IMG/VR virus record: IMGVR_UViG_3300027668_000014
Reading direction: 5' to 3' (one strand)
Origin: an uncultured virus (IMG/VR IMGVR_UViG_3300027668_000014)
Lineage: Duplodnaviria; Heunggongvirae; Uroviricota; Caudoviricetes; Crassvirales
DNA length: 64,000 nucleotides
Shown here one piece after another: positions 1 through 7,796 of the stretch. The notes below the pieces were generated by a model that did no database searches, was not told the origin of the DNA, and saw only the letters and a program-made list of their open reading frames with translations. The position numbers and the translations under genes were made by a program. How positions within the stretch are numbered: the first letter of the stretch is position 1; every line of letters starts with the position of its first letter.

Positions 1-187
1 ATTTTAATAAACCTATCTCGTGAGCTAACACCAACTGAAAGGATTGAAAGTATCTTATATGAAACTAAACTGAGAATTAAAGAACTAAAACAATAGATAT
101 GAATAAAAACATAGTTGTAATATGGCCGTAGAAAGAACCAGCAATGTCATTAAGTATAATAACAATTACAATACTAACAAGTTTACA

Positions 188-337
188 ATGAAAATAGATA
201 AGAAATTAATAGTATCAGTGTTAGAACTATACAAATTAGAAATAGTAAAGCGTGATATATCAGAGCATGATCAGACACTTGAAATACTAATTAAAGTAAA
301 CGAGCAAATAAAATTTATAAAAGAATGGAAGAAATAG
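188..337 (+). CDS. small hypothetical early protein
   Basis: ORF track 122..337; internal ATG at 188 (MKIDKK) is the more plausible start. Confidence 0.5.
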   Translation: MKIDKKLIVSVLELYKLEIVKRDISEHDQTLEILIKVNEQIKFIKEWKK

Positions 338-501
338 ATCAAAAGTTAGATCAGTGGATCTACAACAGTATAATCAGAGCAGAAGTACGTAAAGTAATAG
401 AAGACTATATAATAGATGAGAAGACAAATGCTTTTAAAGCAGGTTGGGTAAAAGGAGGTGGTTCGCTTGCGTATGATTTAGAAATAATAAATAATAAATA
501 G
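325..501 (+). CDS. small hypothetical early protein (58 aa, not in ORF track)
   Basis: Manual translation MEEIDQKLDQWIYNSIIRAEVRK...NNK*; tightly packed between neighbours. Confidence 0.55.
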   Translation: MEEIDQKLDQWIYNSIIRAEVRKVIEDYIIDEKTNAFKAGWVKGGGSLAYDLEIINNK

Positions 502-504
502 TAT

Positions 505-669
505 ATGAAAAAGAAATGGATCACCGTATTAGATTACGAAACAAGTAGGGTATATCAATACCAAGTATCAATAAATAAGCATGCTGAAGAGTTTATAACC
601 TTTAAAGGACATCGACTAAAAGATGTAGAGTGGATGGAACACAGCGACTCAAGACTAATTACAAACTAA
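505..669 (+). CDS. small hypothetical early protein (54 aa, not in ORF track)
   Basis: Manual translation MKKKWITVLDYETSRVYQY...RLITN*; the stop lies inside the repeated motif at 660. Confidence 0.55.
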   Translation: MKKKWITVLDYETSRVYQYQVSINKHAEEFITFKGHRLKDVEWMEHSDSRLITN

Positions 670-691
670 ATACGAATACCAACGGATAATA
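660..691 (+). promoter_or_regulatory. repeated motif TACAAACTAAATACGAAT-N6-GGATAATA, copy 1 (candidate early promoter)
   Basis: Identical 18-mer and 8-mer with a variable 6 nt spacer at 660, 2493 and 4159. Confidence 0.7.
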
Positions 692-696
692 TTAAC

Positions 697-882
697 ATGA
701 ATACAATAAAACATTTAAAAAACAACTACCTACAATTAGGAAACTTAATTTACCGCCCATACACAGTGTGTGAGCTACCTGCAAACTTCGGTTGCATCAA
801 CTTCAATGAAAAAGAAGGCATAAGCGAGTGGTTCAACTACAAAGGATTTACTTATCTCTTTGACAAAATGGCTAAGTCATGA
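697..882 (+). CDS. hypothetical early protein
   Basis: 61 aa ORF directly after motif copy 1. Confidence 0.6.
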   Translation: MNTIKHLKNNYLQLGNLIYRPYTVCELPANFGCINFNEKEGISEWFNYKGFTYLFDKMAKS

Positions 883-983
883 CTCCGTGGGACATGGTAG
901 CTGCGCTCGGTATATATACTGATCAGCAAATTGACGAGATGTCGTGGGCAGAGTGTGAAGAAATTATAAATCAAGAAGAATAA
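879..983 (+). CDS. small hypothetical protein (34 aa, not in ORF track)
   Basis: MTPWDMVAALGIYTDQQIDEMSWAECEEIINQEE*; ATGA overlap with the upstream stop. Confidence 0.5.
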   Translation: MTPWDMVAALGIYTDQQIDEMSWAECEEIINQEE

Positions 984-984
984 T

Positions 985-1197
985 ATGAAATTTAATATAC
1001 AAGATAGGATAGTGCTAGACGAAATGGTAGACACTTTCACGAGACAAATGAATGAAGATCATGACAAAATGACAGATGCTAGTCAGAGACCGATAATAAC
1101 TAGAGAATATTGGTTACAAATGATAGATGAAGTACAAAGTAAAATAGATAGCTTTACAACAGTCAAAGCTTTAACCCACAGTAGTAAATATAGATAA
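985..1197 (+). CDS. hypothetical early protein
   Basis: 70 aa ORF, operon-like packing. Confidence 0.6.
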   Translation: MKFNIQDRIVLDEMVDTFTRQMNEDHDKMTDASQRPIITREYWLQMIDEVQSKIDSFTTVKALTHSSKYR

Positions 1198-1198
1198 T

Positions 1199-1885
1199 AT
1201 GAATAAACACGAAAGATACGTAGAAGTATGTAAACAAATGGAATTACTAGGCATCAAAGATGTTAGTACACAAAGACAAAAGAATAATGATACGAGAGTA
1301 TGGCGATTACCGATCAAAAACAAGTGGAAAAGCGGTAGTTTCATTGAAGTAGCTAGTTTTAAAACAGGTTATGTACGTAACCAAAACAGTGGTTACAGTA
1401 ACTATCAACTAAACAAAAGGTGTGATGGCGAAGCCGAATATTACAATATAAATCCACCTAATAAAGAACCACTATACAGAAAGTTTACCACTAGATCTTG
1501 TGTGCTAATACCTAAGGAAGTAGATAGACTAGAATACTTAATAGCCTATTGTCTTAAAAACTATTACATCAAGCATGCTAACTTTGTAGCTGAAGGTAGT
1601 TATGTATCTAAGTGGGAGCATGAGTATGAGTTAGAACGAACAGTTAAAAAATACGAAGACAATACTGAGTTAGGTTTTTATAGCCAACACGATAAAGTAA
1701 AAGAATTAGAAGATAGAGTATACGAGTTAGAATCACAAGTTGACGTTGCAGATAAAAAGATAGCGCAAGACTGTGGTCACTATGATAGAATCAAAGAGTT
1801 AGAAAGCGATGTACATAACTTAGAGAATAAACTAGCAACAATAGAAAGAATAGCGAGCGATAGAAATAAATGGGAAAAGGAATAA
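1199..1885 (+). CDS. hypothetical protein with C-terminal coiled coil
   Basis: 228 aa; heptad-like repeats KVKELEDRVYELESQV / RIKELESDVHNLENKL. Confidence 0.7.
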   Translation: MNKHERYVEVCKQMELLGIKDVSTQRQKNNDTRVWRLPIKNKWKSGSFIEVASFKTGYVRNQNSGYSNYQLNKRCDGEAEYYNINPPNKEPLYRKFTTRSCVLIPKEVDRLEYLIAYCLKNYYIKHANFVAEGSYVSKWEHEYELERTVKKYEDNTELGFYSQHDKVKELEDRVYELESQVDVADKKIAQDCGHYDRIKELESDVHNLENKLATIERIASDRNKWEKE

Positions 1886-2178
1886 TGGGTAAACAAAACG
1901 AAAAATTATTAGGAAATATGAAAGAATTAGATAAACAAAAGCTACCTAAATGGTTCACTGGTGAATGCTATACAGACGGTGCTGAGGTTACTAACAGGTT
2001 CGGTGGTGACAGTTGCCACTTAAACAATGTAGAGTTAAGCATGTATGACTTTATAATGGGCGCTGTGATGGTTTCCGAGACCCAAGGAGCAAGTAAAACT
2101 CTAATCAACGATCTTAGAAAAGGTCTTGATTGGTTCAGACAAAATAATAGTAATGCCTATATGGTTTTGCTAGATTAA
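1870..2178 (+). CDS. hypothetical protein
   Basis: 102 aa ORF; the true start may be a downstream ATG. Confidence 0.65.
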   Translation: MGKGIMGKQNEKLLGNMKELDKQKLPKWFTGECYTDGAEVTNRFGGDSCHLNNVELSMYDFIMGAVMVSETQGASKTLINDLRKGLDWFRQNNSNAYMVLLD

Positions 2179-2181
2179 GAT

Positions 2182-2355
2182 ACGAGGTGAGTGGTAACGC
2201 AAGAGGTTTTGTAGGTAAAACCGGTAGGGCGAGGGATTAGTATTGCATTAAGGTGGAGAAAATCACGGTCAACTTGTTAAAGTCAGGATAAAGCAGAATA
2301 GACGGAACCTTAAATGGCTAACAGATGTCTATGGAACCACACCTGCACACCTCGT
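2182..2355 (+). ncRNA. putative structured ncRNA with two pseudoknots
   Basis: Closing helix ACGAGGTG (2182-89)/CACCTCGT (2348-55); GTGGT/ACCAC; hairpin GGTTTT/AAAACC whose loop GTAGGT pairs with ACCTGC (2341-46); TTAAGGT/ACCTTAA crossing ATAGAC/GTCTAT. Confidence 0.6.
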
Positions 2356-2392
2356 TTTAACATGAGTGCGAGCTTTAAATTAGCCGCTCAGG

Positions 2393-2496
2393 AAACTAGA
2401 TATAGGAGTATAGCTTGAATCAGTAAACGTTTTAACGAGCTGGTTAGCTAGAAGATATTACCGACGGGTATGAGGTTCGATTCCTCACTAGTTACA
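2393..2496 (+). ncRNA. tRNA-like RNA (acceptor stem + canonical T-arm, no D-stem or standard anticodon arm)
   Basis: AACTAG (2394-99)/CTAGTT (2488-93); T-arm TGAGG-TTCGATT-CCTCA (2471-87); long interrupted central helix 2411-2450; small hairpin TACC-GACG-GGTA. Confidence 0.6.
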
Positions 2497-2524
2497 AACT
2501 AAATACGAATGTGTTTGGATAATA
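2493..2524 (+). promoter_or_regulatory. repeated motif, copy 2 (candidate early promoter)
   Basis: TACAAACTAAATACGAAT-GTGTTT-GGATAATA, 25 nt upstream of ORF 2549. Confidence 0.7.
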
Positions 2525-2548
2525 TAATTACAAATCAAATAAAATAAT

Positions 2549-2908
2549 ATGAAAACAAAAGAAGAGCTTGAACAAGCAATCGTAATGCACGAAGAAGCAT
2601 TAGAATCCAGTAGACACAGTGTTATAGTAGATACACAAGATCTAGAACAAGCTAAAAAAGAATTAAAGCAACTCAACAAACCAGTGCTAACAGGTTTACA
2701 ACTAGATGATATCAATGAAGCTATTGAATCAGCTGTCGGTAACTTCGACTTTGATGATGCTGAAAACTACCACACTGAGTTTGAACTTGACTATGATGCT
2801 AAAGTTACAATTTCATCATTTGAATTTCAAAGTGCACAAGATTTAGTAGAAGCTGTAGTAGAAAAAGTACACGCATTATTTATAGAAAAAAGCGAAGACA
2901 ATGCCTAA
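2549..2908 (+). CDS. acidic hypothetical protein
   Basis: 119 aa, very D/E-rich. Confidence 0.7.
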   Translation: MKTKEELEQAIVMHEEALESSRHSVIVDTQDLEQAKKELKQLNKPVLTGLQLDDINEAIESAVGNFDFDDAENYHTEFELDYDAKVTISSFEFQSAQDLVEAVVEKVHALFIEKSEDNA

Positions 2909-3146
2909 GTTAATAGATAAGATCAAGCCAGAAGTGCTCAGAGCATTAGACAGACATTGTAAGCAAGAATATCCAACTAGTCATAGAATGATTATAGCTA
3001 GCCTTCAAGATCTATATAACTATAGAGAATTAACGATAGAACAACTATCGCAACTTAAAACGTTTTTACCAAAAGAATTTGAACCAGTAACTAGTTTAGA
3101 TTGGATGTATGGTGATCACATATTACAAAAAAAATACCAATTATGA
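2901..3146 (+). CDS. hypothetical protein
   Basis: 81 aa, overlapping start/stop packing. Confidence 0.65.
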   Translation: MPKLIDKIKPEVLRALDRHCKQEYPTSHRMIIASLQDLYNYRELTIEQLSQLKTFLPKEFEPVTSLDWMYGDHILQKKYQL

Positions 3147-3520
3147 TTAAAATAACAATGTACGCTAGCGAAACCTGTCCTTATTGTAAAACAATAAAAG
3201 AAAAACTAGATGAGGCCGATGTAGGTTATGCGGAAAAAAGTATTAAAGATCACGACAACGAGTGGCGTGGTATCATTAGCTTAACAGGCATACCAACTGT
3301 TCCAACTATCAAGATAAACGATAGCTATCTTGTTCCAGGTAGAGATTTTAGCAACCCAGAGCACTTAGTCGGTATTATAAACAACTATATAGACTCACCT
3401 TTTAGTACTGAGACTATGATTTATGAAAGAATCAAGACATTAACTTACAATATGCACAACGCTTTCAGCCAAGTTGATGTGATTTTAAGGAAATTAGAAA
3501 CCAAAGATATTAAGAAATGA
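3143..3520 (+). CDS. glutaredoxin/NrdH-like redoxin
   Basis: CPYC active site and TVP cis-Pro motif (GIPTVPTIKIN). Confidence 0.85.
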   Translation: MIKITMYASETCPYCKTIKEKLDEADVGYAEKSIKDHDNEWRGIISLTGIPTVPTIKINDSYLVPGRDFSNPEHLVGIINNYIDSPFSTETMIYERIKTLTYNMHNAFSQVDVILRKLETKDIKK

Positions 3521-3777
3521 CAGGAAAACAAGTAAAAGGTTATATAGAATTTACCTTACAAATGAAACCAAGACACGATGTAGATGCTTTGGCTAGCGCT
3601 GTAACTGATATGGCAGAAGAACTAGAGTATGATGCGTTTGAATTACTACAACTATTACTAGAGAATAGACCAATCGATGCTATACACACGCACAGCTACG
3701 GCTTCCACACTGAAAACGGCAGATACATTATAGAAAAAATTAAAGAAAAATATTATGAGTACGAGAGCGCAAGTTAG
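3517..3777 (+). CDS. hypothetical protein
   Basis: 86 aa ORF, ATGA overlap. Confidence 0.65.
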   Translation: MTGKQVKGYIEFTLQMKPRHDVDALASAVTDMAEELEYDAFELLQLLLENRPIDAIHTHSYGFHTENGRYIIEKIKEKYYEYESAS

Positions 3778-4168
3778 ATTTGCAACAAGAGAAGATGGTG
3801 TATCATTTAGTGAACACCCAGATAAAATACACGCACAATTTTACGTGCATAGTGATGGTTATCCAGAAGGTTTAGGAATAGATATAGCCCAATCATACAC
3901 GTGTAATGGCAACGACCTTATAGGTTGGGAAATAGAACACGTACAAACTCAGCACGGTGATTTAGAATATATATACTATATATGGTCAGATTATGATAAA
4001 GACACGTGGATAAGTATATTTGAAGTAAAATTCAAAGACATCTGTCATGAGTGTGGTAGCACGCTTGGCTCATACGAGCTTGGAGTAGATAAATGTATCT
4101 TTGTAGGTAAGCCAGATGCACTGATAAAGAAATACGAAAATAATAGTCACATGACTGATACAAACTAA
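3755..4168 (+). CDS. hypothetical phage protein (MSTR...YVHSDGYP type)
   Basis: 137 aa; MSTRA start, HSDGYPEGLG motif and a CHEC knuckle. Confidence 0.7.
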   Translation: MSTRAQVRFATREDGVSFSEHPDKIHAQFYVHSDGYPEGLGIDIAQSYTCNGNDLIGWEIEHVQTQHGDLEYIYYIWSDYDKDTWISIFEVKFKDICHECGSTLGSYELGVDKCIFVGKPDALIKKYENNSHMTDTN

Positions 4169-4190
4169 ATACGAATGAAGATGGATAATA
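4159..4190 (+). promoter_or_regulatory. repeated motif, copy 3 (candidate early promoter)
   Basis: TACAAACTAAATACGAAT-GAAGAT-GGATAATA, overlapping the stop of ORF 3755..4168. Confidence 0.7.
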
Positions 4191-4522
4191 AACGTGTAAC
4201 AAACAAACAAATATTACAGAAGATAGATGACCTCAAGGTTGGCGATGAAGGTCTTAATGCACTGGCTATGAAGATAGTAAGCAGAATGGTTAAACTTAAG
4301 TCTATGGAGGATTGGTTTCAACACGTTAGTAAGTCAGAGGCTAGCTGGTCTCAATCTTATGCTGAACTTGAATTGACCGAAGAAGAAGCTGCTATCGGCG
4401 AAGCCGCAAAGCTAATGACGCTGATGGAATTATTCAAAGGTGAAGAAGAATACGAGAAGTGTGCTATCATCCGTAACAGAATGGATGAAGTAAATAAAAT
4501 ATTAAAAAGAGGAAACAAATGA
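4175..4522 (+). CDS. hypothetical protein with C-terminal UVR (UvrB/UvrC)-like motif
   Basis: EEEYEKCAIIRNRM resembles the E-x-[FY]-E-x-A-A-x-x-R-D UVR consensus; the start is uncertain because it overlaps the motif. Confidence 0.6.
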   Translation: MKMDNKRVTNKQILQKIDDLKVGDEGLNALAMKIVSRMVKLKSMEDWFQHVSKSEASWSQSYAELELTEEEAAIGEAAKLMTLMELFKGEEEYEKCAIIRNRMDEVNKILKRGNK

Positions 4523-5385
4523 TGAGAAACAAACCAATGCTAGCATATCCTGTTAGCGATAAACCAATAGATTACAGCGATAAAATATCTATGCAGCCAA
4601 AACTTGATGGCGTTCGCTGTGTAATACAGTATGAACAAGTCGATCATTTCAGTAGACCTATTAAGTATGAAGTAAAAGCATACTCACGTACAGGTAAACC
4701 GTGGCTAAACATAGAACATATCTTGTTTAATCTTAAGCCTTGGTTTGCTCTTAACCCTTATACTGTGCTCGATGGTGAACTGTATAATCATGATCTAAGA
4801 GATGATTTCAATAAGATCATATCATTAGTCAGAAAATCTAAACCAACTGATCAGGATCGTCTAAATGCTGCTGAGTTGACACAATTTCATTGTTATGATA
4901 TCATAGATGAGACCATGACATTCGAAGAGCGTAATAGATTCATTGTACAAAATGTACCTCGTAATCACTGCGTCCACCACGTTCCAACAAGAGCTGTGGC
5001 TACCGAATCTTTAGCTAAAATGATTCACGATCAAAACCTAGCTGAAGGTTACGAGGGTTCTATATTACGTACAAATGATAAGTATGCGTGCAAACGTTCT
5101 CATAACCTTAGAAAGTTTAAAGACTTTCACGATGCTGAAGCTACTTTAACCGGTTGGGTTGAAGGCAAAGGCAAACGTATCGGTACTATCGGCAAGTTTA
5201 CAGCCGTCGACAGTGAAGGTAATGAGTTCGGTATGCCTGTTATGGATAAATTCAAGATACTACAAGCTAATTTCGAGACTATGAAAGACTGGGTTGGCCA
5301 AGAAGCTACATTCACGTACTTCGAGCGTACTAAAGCAAACAGCTATAGACACCCATTATTTAAAGCATTAAGAAATTATGAATAG
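4519..5385 (+). CDS. lig: ATP-dependent DNA ligase
   Basis: KPMLA, motif I QPKLDGVR, motif III LDGELY, motif IV EGSILR, motif V KFK, C-terminal RHP OB-fold. Confidence 0.92.
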   Translation: MMRNKPMLAYPVSDKPIDYSDKISMQPKLDGVRCVIQYEQVDHFSRPIKYEVKAYSRTGKPWLNIEHILFNLKPWFALNPYTVLDGELYNHDLRDDFNKIISLVRKSKPTDQDRLNAAELTQFHCYDIIDETMTFEERNRFIVQNVPRNHCVHHVPTRAVATESLAKMIHDQNLAEGYEGSILRTNDKYACKRSHNLRKFKDFHDAEATLTGWVEGKGKRIGTIGKFTAVDSEGNEFGMPVMDKFKILQANFETMKDWVGQEATFTYFERTKANSYRHPLFKALRNYE

Positions 5386-5482
5386 ATATGAGCAGGAAAA
5401 AGCTAATGACTTAAAACGTATAGCTGTAGCCTTGGAAAAACTAACAAAGTTATTAACAAAATTAATGAAAGACAACGCATGA
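5378..5482 (+). CDS. small hypothetical protein (34 aa, not in ORF track)
   Basis: MNRYEQEKANDLKRIAVALEKLTKLLTKLMKDNA*. Confidence 0.45.
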   Translation: MNRYEQEKANDLKRIAVALEKLTKLLTKLMKDNA

Positions 5483-5610
5483 CAGATGAATTAAGAGATA
5501 GAATAAACCAATTTAATGAAATTAAATATGGTTCCGAAGACAATGAAACAAGAATTGTATTTGCAACCCTAAAACCTGTGGAAACTGTGACAACAGCCTC
5601 CAAAGTATAA
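5479..5610 (+). CDS. small hypothetical protein (43 aa, not in ORF track)
   Basis: MTDELRDRINQFNEIKYG...TASKV*; ATGA overlap. Confidence 0.45.
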   Translation: MTDELRDRINQFNEIKYGSEDNETRIVFATLKPVETVTTASKV

Positions 5611-5623
5611 GAGTAGTAGGCTA

Positions 5624-6244
5624 ATGTCACACGAGAGAAACTTAAATATACTAAATCATAGACGAATAGTCTACAGAAGAGGTCCTATTGACGATATACC
5701 TACTATTGATACCAAACAATATCAGTTTTTTGAAGAAGGTACATATCAATGCTATACATTGTTCGCAAGTAAGGGCAAGATCACAACCTACAAGTCTCTT
5801 AAATGGCACTTGTTAGTCTTGTGGTACCTCAATCCTGATCTTGATCCCGAAGAGTTCATGGAAGTAGCTGAGATTATATCCATTAAAGAATATGGTTTCA
5901 CTTCGTTCACGATACACATCGACCTACTAAGGAAGATGGTCTATGAGGTTAACATGCTTGATTTAGATGAACCACCAAAGAACAAACTGCGTAAGGTAAT
6001 ATTCAAACAATCATCCGGCCTAACCAAAGAAGAGAAACTAAGCATCGTAGGAGAACTAATAGGTAGAGCTAAGAAGTTTAGCAAAACTGATATCTACGAT
6101 ATCATGTTAACTCTACATCATGGTGGTTGGAAGATCACAATGCAGAAGTTAGCCAATGGATTAGACTGCACGACAAGAACAATACATAGAAATATGTGTA
6201 ATGAACTAAAGAAAGAAAAAGATTACTTAAACAAACAATTATGA
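5624..6244 (+). CDS. DNA-binding protein with C-terminal helix-turn-helix
   Basis: KITMQKLANGLDCTTRTIHRNM is an HTH pattern. Confidence 0.7.
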   Translation: MSHERNLNILNHRRIVYRRGPIDDIPTIDTKQYQFFEEGTYQCYTLFASKGKITTYKSLKWHLLVLWYLNPDLDPEEFMEVAEIISIKEYGFTSFTIHIDLLRKMVYEVNMLDLDEPPKNKLRKVIFKQSSGLTKEEKLSIVGELIGRAKKFSKTDIYDIMLTLHHGGWKITMQKLANGLDCTTRTIHRNMCNELKKEKDYLNKQL

Positions 6245-6351
6245 GACGACTAATATACGATATGTACTATAACAATGAGATCAGCGTTGAGATTGCAGAG
6301 AAACTGCTTGACAAATTAACCCAGATAAGAGATAAAAAAAGATCATACTAA
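6241..6351 (+). CDS. small hypothetical protein (36 aa, not in ORF track)
   Basis: MRRLIYDMYYNNEISVEIAEKLLDKLTQIRDKKRSY*; fills the gap exactly with ATGA and TAATG overlaps. Confidence 0.55.
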   Translation: MRRLIYDMYYNNEISVEIAEKLLDKLTQIRDKKRSY

Positions 6352-7136
6352 TGAAACACTATAATATACAAAACTATATAAGATATAAAGAAGATCTTAA
6401 ATCAACCTTGGCTAGATTAGACAGCAAAATGGCCGAGGCTTGGATTTCAGGTGATACTTGGAATGAATACACTAGAGACGAGCTGATCATTAAGTTTATG
6501 CCTCTTGTGGAAAACTTAGCCCGTAAGTTTGCTACATCACAGCAAGCCTCAGGTGTTATGGCTATAACAGATATGATACAAGAAGGCCATGTAAACTTAA
6601 TTAAAGCGGTTGATCGCATTGATTGGGAAAGAATAAACGAATCTGAAGATCAAGAGAAAACTTTAAAGTCTTTCTTAGCTAAACGGATTAAAGGCGGTAT
6701 ACGTAGGGAAATAGATAAAAACAGAGGCCAGATGAGATTACCGGAGCACGTAACAAATAGTATACGCAAGAACTTTGGTAAAGATAAAAAAGCCGTAGCA
6801 ATGTTTTTTAACTCTATATTTTTAAGTATTGATGCTGGCAGTAGAGATGATGATGATTTGTTCTTGCAAATAGAGGACAAGTCAGAGCCTTACAACCAAG
6901 ATTTTTTAAATATTTATTTGATGGGGCTTTTAAAAAGCCATTTAAATAAAAAAGAAATAGATGTGTTGAGGCTAAGCTATGGTCTTAACTGTGATAAGCA
7001 CTCGGCAAAAGAAATTGCTAGAGAACTAGACATTGAAGGTAGCGGCGCTTACGTTAGAGTATCGCAGTTAAAAAAACAAGCGGTAGATAAGCTCATAGAA
7101 AATGTAGATCACTCACAAGTGCTTGACTATCTATAA
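6351..7136 (+). CDS. phage sigma70-family RNA polymerase sigma factor
   Basis: Region 2 (LVENLARKF, DMIQEGHVNLIKAVDR, RLPEH) and region 4 (EIDVLRLSYGL...KEIARELDI...RVSQLKKQAVDKL). Confidence 0.88.
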   Translation: MKHYNIQNYIRYKEDLKSTLARLDSKMAEAWISGDTWNEYTRDELIIKFMPLVENLARKFATSQQASGVMAITDMIQEGHVNLIKAVDRIDWERINESEDQEKTLKSFLAKRIKGGIRREIDKNRGQMRLPEHVTNSIRKNFGKDKKAVAMFFNSIFLSIDAGSRDDDDLFLQIEDKSEPYNQDFLNIYLMGLLKSHLNKKEIDVLRLSYGLNCDKHSAKEIARELDIEGSGAYVRVSQLKKQAVDKLIENVDHSQVLDYL

Positions 7137-7170
7137 GTTAAGTGAATAAAATGATTAAATTAATAAATTA

Positions 7171-7183
7171 ACGTGTGATTATA
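7171..7183 (+). promoter_or_regulatory. candidate phage-sigma promoter element ACGTGTGATTATA
   Basis: Intergenic; matches TGTRAYTATA also found in intergenic gaps at 37380 and 61476 on the - strand. Confidence 0.5.
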
Positions 7184-7205
7184 GATATACACCAAAAGAC
7201 CAAAT

Positions 7206-7796
7206 ATGAAAGAATTAACCCAAAAACTAGCAGTCATACAGACTAAGCTAAAAGCGAAAAAGTCTTCGTACAATTCGTTCGGCAAGTATCACTTCCGAAA
7301 ATCAGAAGACATCCTAGAGGCTATAAAGCCTTTCTTAATCGAACACGGCGTTGCAGTTACGATAAATGAATCAATCATAACTAATGACCCTGTTCCAACA
7401 ATACAGTCCACAGCTACAATATCAGATGGCGAAAATGCTATACACGCCACGGCTCTAGTCGGTGTAGACCTTAATCAAAAAGGTATGCAAACGGCTCAGC
7501 AATTCGGTGCAGCTTCTACGTACGGCAAGAAATATGCCTTAGGTAATCTATTGCTTATTGATGATACTGAAGACGCTGACGCAGGCGCTAAACCATCAGG
7601 CGCAATTGATAAGATCAAAGCAGCGGCTAAACCAGCAATCACGACAGATCAAATGAAGAAGGCTGAAGAATACGTAAGTGCTGGAGGAGAAATAAAAGCA
7701 ATAGCAAGTAAGTACAAATTAACAGCAGTTCAAGAAAATAAATTAGTAAAACTAAAAATAAAAGATGAACAAAAAGGAGATACTACAAAGGCTTAA
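7206..7796 (+). CDS. Erf-family single-strand annealing recombinase
   Basis: KSSYNSFGKYHFRKSEDILEAIKP and QQFGAASTYGKKYALGNLLLIDDTEDAD. Confidence 0.88.
   Translation: MKELTQKLAVIQTKLKAKKSSYNSFGKYHFRKSEDILEAIKPFLIEHGVAVTINESIITNDPVPTIQSTATISDGENAIHATALVGVDLNQKGMQTAQQFGAASTYGKKYALGNLLLIDDTEDADAGAKPSGAIDKIKAAAKPAITTDQMKKAEEYVSAGGEIKAIASKYKLTAVQENKLVKLKIKDEQKGDTTKA

Noticed and set aside
2182..2355. RNase P RNA or group I intron
   Set aside because: Lacks the GAGGAAAGUCC-type RNase P conserved region and recognisable group I P7 elements; no interrupted gene is apparent
2393..2496. Canonical tRNA or full tmRNA gene
   Set aside because: No D-stem, no 7 nt anticodon loop on a 5 bp stem, no G3-U70 pair, no tag reading frame; reported only as tRNA-like
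660..4190. Repeats as a CRISPR array
   Set aside because: Only three copies, 1.7-1.8 kb apart, separated by genes; no cas genes
5586..5622. TGTGACAACA plus short AGCCT/AGGCT inverted repeat as a promoter or origin
   Set aside because: Two mismatches to TGTRAYTATA, only a 5 bp stem, and it overlaps a small ORF; too weak to call
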